Assembly: GCA_003144275.1 (NCBI GenBank)
Contig: NJBF01000015.1
Location: 49,715-81,714 of the forward strand
Direction: 5' to 3'
Length of the DNA: 32,000 nucleotides
Source: Candidatus Heimdallarchaeota archaeon B3_Heim
GTDB taxonomy: Archaea; Asgardarchaeota; Heimdallarchaeia; Hodarchaeales; Hodarchaeaceae
Shown: in pieces, positions 27,220 through 32,000 of the stretch
Layout: every line of letters begins with the position of its first letter
Numbering within the stretch: the stretch's first letter is position 1
Notes under the pieces: model-generated
The model's input: only the letters and a program-made list of their open reading frames with translations
The model's database searches: none
What the model was told of the DNA's origin: nothing
Made by a program: the position numbers and the translations under genes

Positions 27220-28521
27220 TCATTTTTTCCTTTGTTTTCGTAAATTATATGAGCTAGAGTAGGCCATTTTTCGAGAATCCGTGGTATACATTCTTTCAGT
27301 TAATGTATCAGAAAGTAGAGACTTATTTTCCTCAAATACGGACTCTAATTTTGGGGATGCACCAGGTAATTCAGCACGAGATTTTAATATCGATTGTTGT
27401 TTTGATATTAGCCTCTGAGCTTCAGAAAACTGTCCCTTATCAGCTAGATAGATTGCTTCTTCTCTGACTAGAGCAGTTTCTAGTATCACAACATTATCTA
27501 ACACTTTCTGATTCTCAGATGTCAATAGTTCCTCATCATTTGTGAATGTTATAACACATGGATATTTTTTACTAATTTTCTCAAGACCCGAGTGGGCTGG
27601 GAACCATTCAACCTTAAATGTGACTATTTCCCGTTGGGAATCTTGTTTCCCAGAAGAAATTAAGAGATCCAGAATAATCATTCTATTATTCCCAGATCTA
27701 AGGTCACCAAGCTTAAAGGGTTGATTGGTCTGTTCTTCTAGAGAGACACCTAAAATACGTTGCATTTTGACACCTTGAGTTTGTTCCACTCTTACTTGAA
27801 TATTAGCCGCTATTGTTGCTAATAAACCTTTGAACTCCTTTTCAATGAACACAGGTATGTCATCTGCAGATTTAATATAGTAAAATTCTCCAGAAGCAGC
27901 ATCAGCTATACTGACAAGCATATCTTCATTGAAATCCCCTCCAATTCCAAAAGTACTGATAGTTATACCATCTTTATCGTGAACAGCTTTTGCTGATTTA
28001 GCAATTTGGAGTTTAGAAGTGATTCCCTTATTTGCCAAGCCATCTGATAGAAGTAGAACGACATTTCTATACTCTAGATTTTTATTTTGTCGAACTTGGT
28101 GAACCCCTTCCATCATCCCATCATGAAGATTTGTCATATGCCTTGCAGTGATACTTTTTACTTTAGCAATGACAGATGCTTTTTCTGTGAGCTTAGCAGC
28201 AGGTACAATCGTTTCAATAATGTCATCATATATGACTAGAGAGAAAATATCTGATTTTGACATATTTTCGATAATAAACTCAACAGCTTTCTTGGCTTTT
28301 TCAATTTTCGCCCCATCCATTGAACCAGATCGATCTAGGACTACACTCAAGTTTAGATCAATTCTCTCCTCTGTTTCAATAATTTCCTCTACTGCTTCAA
28401 GTTCAAGTTGAGCGTAAAGATGAGTATCTCCGCTTTCCAGGGCATAGTTACTTGAAGGAGATACTTTAATTTTAATATTATCAGTTAATTCATTGTCTTT
28501 TTCCATACTCATTTCCTCCAT
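27220..28521 (-). CDS. von Willebrand factor A domain protein (YfbK/Ca-activated chloride channel homologue type)
   Basis: MIDAS VLDRSGSM, TNLHDG, LLSDGLAN, STFGIG and GEFYYI, followed by a beta-sandwich and a helical tail. Real start may be 28512 (GGAGG RBS). Confidence 0.92.
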   Translation of the reverse strand: MEEMSMEKDNELTDNIKIKVSPSSNYALESGDTHLYAQLELEAVEEIIETEERIDLNLSVVLDRSGSMDGAKIEKAKKAVEFIIENMSKSDIFSLVIYDDIIETIVPAAKLTEKASVIAKVKSITARHMTNLHDGMMEGVHQVRQNKNLEYRNVVLLLSDGLANKGITSKLQIAKSAKAVHDKDGITISTFGIGGDFNEDMLVSIADAASGEFYYIKSADDIPVFIEKEFKGLLATIAANIQVRVEQTQGVKMQRILGVSLEEQTNQPFKLGDLRSGNNRMIILDLLISSGKQDSQREIVTFKVEWFPAHSGLEKISKKYPCVITFTNDEELLTSENQKVLDNVVILETALVREEAIYLADKGQFSEAQRLISKQQSILKSRAELPGASPKLESVFEENKSLLSDTLTERMYTTDSRKMAYSSSYNLRKQRKK

Positions 28522-29061
28522 TCATTTTTTTAATTCTTCTTCCAATTCTTCTTGCTTTTTTAATACTTTTAGGCCTTTTTTGGTCAATTGATGACGTTTT
28601 TTTGGACGTCCAGCTTTTTTAGGTAGAATCTGTAGGGCCTCCTCAATATATTGCTTAATCAAGTTAAGATCTTCCAGATCCTCTATTGATTGCTTGACTG
28701 TTGTAGGTGAAAATCCGCGTTGTTGAAGTTCATACACACTGATGCCCTCTTGTTCCTGAATAACATTGAGAATTTTACGTCGAGACCTTTTCAGACGAAT
28801 TTCCTTCCCTTGAATATCTTTTAGTTTTTCCTTTCCATACTTTGTTAAAAAGACCTTATTAGCTTTATTCTTTTCAATAAATCCAGCTAGCTGAAGCTCC
28901 TTTACTCTTCGATAAATCGTAGCAGAGGTTAATTTTAATTGACTCCCTTCTGATTGGAAAAACGTATTTATCTCCAAGATCGAAATTGGTTCATCACGAG
29001 TATTCATGAACAAAAGAATTTCAATGGATCCTCTGGCTGCAAGAAGGTCAATCATAGTCAT
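28522..29061 (-). CDS. Winged-HTH transcriptional regulator with two wHTH domains
   Basis: SIEILLFM...TSATIYRRVKELQLAGFIEK...LTKYG and SPTTVKQSIEDLEDLNLI...GRPKKRHQLTKKG. The ATG at 29061 has a GGAGG RBS and an ATGA overlap with the upstream stop. Confidence 0.87.
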   Translation of the reverse strand: MTMIDLLAARGSIEILLFMNTRDEPISILEINTFFQSEGSQLKLTSATIYRRVKELQLAGFIEKNKANKVFLTKYGKEKLKDIQGKEIRLKRSRRKILNVIQEQEGISVYELQQRGFSPTTVKQSIEDLEDLNLIKQYIEEALQILPKKAGRPKKRHQLTKKGLKVLKKQEELEEELKK

Positions 29062-29453
29062 AGTCCTCCATAGTCTCCACACTTGGAATGAAAATGGTGT
29101 AGTGATCGATAACCTATTCTACAACTTTCACATGAAACAATGATCAAGTTGATAATTAGATTGTTTTTACTATCTTGAACGTGCTCTCTGTACAGTGTAT
29201 CCAATAAATTTTTACCTTTCCTTGTAATTGATAATTTTTTATGAGTTTTTCCGACATCAATCAGGTAGCCACTAGAAATAAGCTCACAAACATATTTGAA
29301 AATAGTAGAAGTTGTTTTTTTCGATTTGTACTTCGTAAGTAGATGATTATTGACCTGATTAGAACAACAATTTGGATTTTTATAAACATAATCCAAAATT
29401 TCTGCTTTCTCTCTCATTAACACTTTTGTAGGGTCCTTTATTGCTATTTTCAA
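29058..29453 (-). CDS. Single winged-HTH protein with Cys/His-rich C-terminal tail
   Basis: AEILDYVYKNP...TSTIFKYVCELISSGYL...LSITRKGKNLL is a wHTH pattern. Its stop overlaps the next ATG (ATGA). Confidence 0.7.
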   Translation of the reverse strand: MKIAIKDPTKVLMREKAEILDYVYKNPNCCSNQVNNHLLTKYKSKKTTSTIFKYVCELISSGYLIDVGKTHKKLSITRKGKNLLDTLYREHVQDSKNNLIINLIIVSCESCRIGYRSLHHFHSKCGDYGGL

Positions 29454-29908
29454 GGATAAGAAGGTTTCAATATTATCATCAATAAGAACTAATCTTCACT
29501 TATTGATATTCTAATTTATTATCCTATTTGAGAAAAGTATTATTTATACTTTTTGATAATGGAATGATTTTTCATTGAGAAAGATATCAACAAGGCAGTA
29601 ACTAACTGAATTCATAAAAAAAGAAAAAAGAGCTGTGGTTGATTGCAGGAATCAACCAATATGCTTGTTTAATTATTTTGGAATACGAAATAATGGATGG
29701 AAAATTTCAATAGATTTCATTTTTCCTTTCCAGTTGTATTAATTAGATAACTTATTTTAACCAGTTTTTTGTAAGTTGAAAATGATATCTCCTTGAAATA
29801 ATTTTTCCAGTTAATTCAGTTTTGAGTTAATTATCCAGTCTTCCCACAATCTGTTTTGATTCTGTAAATTTTTATGTGAAAGCAAACTTTAAGCAGTAGG
29901 AAATTTAA

Positions 29909-30802
29909 ATGGTAGTAGTTTCTCAAATATGGATCCAACATCTTCAATGTATGCAGATCATTGGACATAGCCATTTACGGGTTGGATCAGACTTGGAACC
30001 AATCCTTGGAGGATCATTATATACAGCTCTTGTGACTGCTCTCGCAGAAATTGAACCTCCTCCAAATATTTTTATTATGTCGGGTGTTTATGGTTTTAGA
30101 ATCCCTGATAATGAAGGAATTGGCTTTTTCACAATTCAAAATAAGAATTTTAGAATCTTTTTCTTGTGTGAAGGATTATTTGGACGCGGAATTCCATATT
30201 TGGAAGGAACAGCTATTTCTCGACGGATTCGAAACCTATTCTCGTGGTTAGAGGCCGAAATATCTTCTGATGATTGTCAACTTGCTCATGCATCAAATCA
30301 GGATGATTCTTTCTGGTTTGATCTTATAGTTTCACTTGGATTTGGTAGAAATCTACCAATTGATCAATATGAAAAAATTTATCCTTTAAGATATATCGAA
30401 ATTCATGCCTCTCGCACATCATCAAATGAAGTCGTAGTAAACAATCTTGAAACCTCCGAAATGTCCGCTCAACTATCCTATGGCTGGGAGCATATTGATG
30501 AGGTAATTGCTACAAAAATCCAAGGAATATTCTCACGGCCACATTTTAGCTTTCTAGTGTATGAGTCGTTATTTAACCAAATTTCGGAATTTCTCCCTGA
30601 GTTTCAACCCAATACTATAATTCTAACCTACTCTCGTGGAGATTTACTTATAAATCAAAGCTCCATTGCTTCATTTCTAACCATCACTGAGAACTCCTTG
30701 ACAATCCGCTATTGTCTCCCAATGTCCCGAGAATTAGAAGTCGAAGGAAGCCAATCCGTACATTCATTTCTTCGATCAATATATTTAACAACATTAGTGT
30801 AA
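29909..30802 (+). CDS. Hypothetical protein with N-terminal longin-like domain
   Basis: VSQIWIQH...IIG...LEPILGGSLYTALVTALAEI...FFTIQNKNFRIFFLC follows the beta-beta-alpha-beta-beta-beta-alpha longin order. Confidence 0.55.
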   Translation: MVVVSQIWIQHLQCMQIIGHSHLRVGSDLEPILGGSLYTALVTALAEIEPPPNIFIMSGVYGFRIPDNEGIGFFTIQNKNFRIFFLCEGLFGRGIPYLEGTAISRRIRNLFSWLEAEISSDDCQLAHASNQDDSFWFDLIVSLGFGRNLPIDQYEKIYPLRYIEIHASRTSSNEVVVNNLETSEMSAQLSYGWEHIDEVIATKIQGIFSRPHFSFLVYESLFNQISEFLPEFQPNTIILTYSRGDLLINQSSIASFLTITENSLTIRYCLPMSRELEVEGSQSVHSFLRSIYLTTLV

Positions 30803-30979
30803 ATCTTAGCATCTCAAAAAGTCCCGATCGATAATAATTCACCTTTGCATTTCATAGATCGAAAAGTCCTCTAATCTCAAACAGAGAAAAAAGCAGTAAT
30901 TTACCTTAATATAGCAAATTAATCACAAATCTGAATTGGTATCGAGTGATAAATATTGCCACACACAACTGGAAAATCT

Positions 30980-31888
30980 ATGTCGGTTGATTTCGTTATT
31001 AAATCCTTGATCATAGTTGTATTGTGGTCAACACCCCCATTAGTATCTAAAATATGGGTAGGGACAGAAGAACTATTTCCTGGACTATATTTTGGATTTT
31101 TACGATATTTTCTTGGATTTTTAACCTTATTTTTCCTTCTCCTTTGTCGCAATGGATTGGAGAACTTAATAGAATTATTCCTTAAACGAACCAAGGCATT
31201 AATGTTTTGTGCTTTGTGGTTAGTATTGATGATTATAGGACAGAACTTCTCAGTATTTTTTATTCTCGGTGCATCCAGTTCAATTCTACTGAATTTTAAT
31301 CCTGTACTTGTCTATTTGATTGCCCCTCTGCTCTTTGTAAATGAAACATATTCTTCACAGAAATCAATAGCGGTGCTCCTCTCAACCGTGGGAATTTTCT
31401 TGGTTTTTCTTGCGTCTAGTAATTTAATCGGTGTTAATCTCAGTCATTTTCTCATAGGAAATTTCCTTGGATTCCTATCAGGTGTCGCTTGGGCAGGTTA
31501 TTCTCTTTCACTCAAAAAACTTTTTCCTGATGAATCGACCATGGAAGTAACCGCTCTCAACCTTGGTTTTGCCACACTCTTTCTCCTGTTTTCATCACTT
31601 GTTACGGAAACTATTCCTCCAATAAGTAGTTACACACTGGAAAGTATTACTGGGTTGTTGATAATAGGGGTTGGTGCTGCTGCAATCGCATTTACGCTGT
31701 ATTTACAACTTGTGCAAACTTATGGTACTGTCCAAGCTGCTAATATTCAGTTCTTAATTCCCCTGTTTTCATTACTATTTGCATGGATATTTTTAGGAGA
31801 ATATTCATCATTAGCATTAATTGGAGGAATAATCTGTGCAATAGGTGTTGCTGTAATCACCGCTCCCGTAGAGAAAAAAAGAAACTAG
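30980..31888 (+). CDS. DMT/EamA family transporter
   Basis: Two EamA repeats, about 10 TM: LRYFLG, SSILLNFNPVLV, GVAWAGYSL, FTLYLQLVQTYG, FLIPLFSLLFAWIFLGE. The ATG at 30980 is preferred over TTG 30956. Confidence 0.93.
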   Translation: MSVDFVIKSLIIVVLWSTPPLVSKIWVGTEELFPGLYFGFLRYFLGFLTLFFLLLCRNGLENLIELFLKRTKALMFCALWLVLMIIGQNFSVFFILGASSSILLNFNPVLVYLIAPLLFVNETYSSQKSIAVLLSTVGIFLVFLASSNLIGVNLSHFLIGNFLGFLSGVAWAGYSLSLKKLFPDESTMEVTALNLGFATLFLLFSSLVTETIPPISSYTLESITGLLIIGVGAAAIAFTLYLQLVQTYGTVQAANIQFLIPLFSLLFAWIFLGEYSSLALIGGIICAIGVAVITAPVEKKRN

Positions 31889-31890
31889 CT

Positions 31891-31911
31891 AAAAATTGAT
31901 ACTCAATTTTT
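31891..31911. terminator. Perfect 9-bp inverted repeat directly after the EamA stop (hairpin terminator or operator)
   Basis: AAAAATTGA-TAC-TCAATTTTT, followed by further T-tracts at about 31925-31934. Confidence 0.45.
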
Positions 31912-32000
31912 TCGACTGGGAGGGGTTTTTTTTTAGCAATAGAAGAGCAAGCAACAAGAGTTTTAAACCTATTAACTTGCTTTCATGGATAGCTAGCAAA

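Noticed and set aside
27220-28521. VWA protein as a Sec23/24 homologue (VWA trunk + beta-sandwich + helical domain)
   Set aside because: No N-terminal zinc finger or C-terminal gelsolin domain, and the MIDAS is intact as in widespread prokaryotic YfbK-type VWA proteins.
29051-29082. Short imperfect repeat (CATAGT / CTCCATAGT) at the wHTH gene junction
   Set aside because: Only 2-3 units and explained by overlapping RBS, start and stop signals; not a CRISPR or iteron.
564-30251. Many short ORFs in the track that lie antisense to or within longer genes (e.g. 564-767, 1421-1750, 4548-4850, 4929-5210, 8165-8362, 9265-9531, 11092-11403, 12538-12774, 18146-18388, 21726-21917, 23191-23415, 25149-25427, 28148-28411, 30051-30251)
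   Set aside because: They are shadow ORFs of well-supported genes with no motifs or RBS.
30919-31194. 91-aa basic minus-strand ORF (RQRRRKNKVKNPRKYRKN)
   Set aside because: It is the antisense reading of the hydrophobic, T-rich EamA gene, which produces Lys/Arg-rich artefacts.
1-32000. rRNA, tRNA, CRISPR arrays, transposases or integrases
   Set aside because: Intergenic gaps are short and AT-rich with no cloverleaf, GC-rich structured RNA or regularly spaced repeats, and no ORF has DDE, HUH or tyrosine-recombinase motifs.

Overview
AT-rich, gene-dense archaeal chromosome segment, most likely from an Asgard archaeon. This is inferred from an aIF-1A gene, GGTGA/GGAGG ribosome-binding sites, T-tract terminators, a Rab-like GTPase without a prenylation tail, and longin/roadblock and DENN-like proteins. 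About 30 CDS are supported. Housekeeping or metabolic genes: Sir2 deacylase, RimI-like GNAT, double Lrp regulator, ABC-2 exporter, NUDIX, GDPD, aIF-1A, MFS, DNPH1-like hydrolase, DUF1405, M3-like peptidase, GH57 glucanotransferase, VWA protein and EamA transporter. The most interesting part is 12.1-24.3 kb, which holds several eukaryote-like membrane-trafficking modules: (i) a 739-aa acidic cytosolic protein with N-terminal HEAT repeats, a region that aligns by eye along its whole length with the mu-homology domain (MHD) of AP-mu/delta-COP, and further Ig-like sandwiches; (ii) a DENN-like protein; (iii) an orphan 7TM protein; (iv) a large sequon-rich membrane protein transcribed divergently from (v) a Rab-like GTPase and a longin-roadblock fusion. 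Also notable: a probably inactive lipase-fold protein with a C2-like tail, a duplicated MG2-like Ig domain with one copy fused to four HhH modules, a GNAT whose conserved N-terminus lies upstream of any ATG/GTG/TTG, a translationally coupled wHTH-wHTH-VWA operon, and an unannotated 44-aa tail-anchored ORF. I saw no rRNA, tRNA, CRISPR array or mobile element. All domain calls are by-eye motif recognition and need HMM or structure confirmation.
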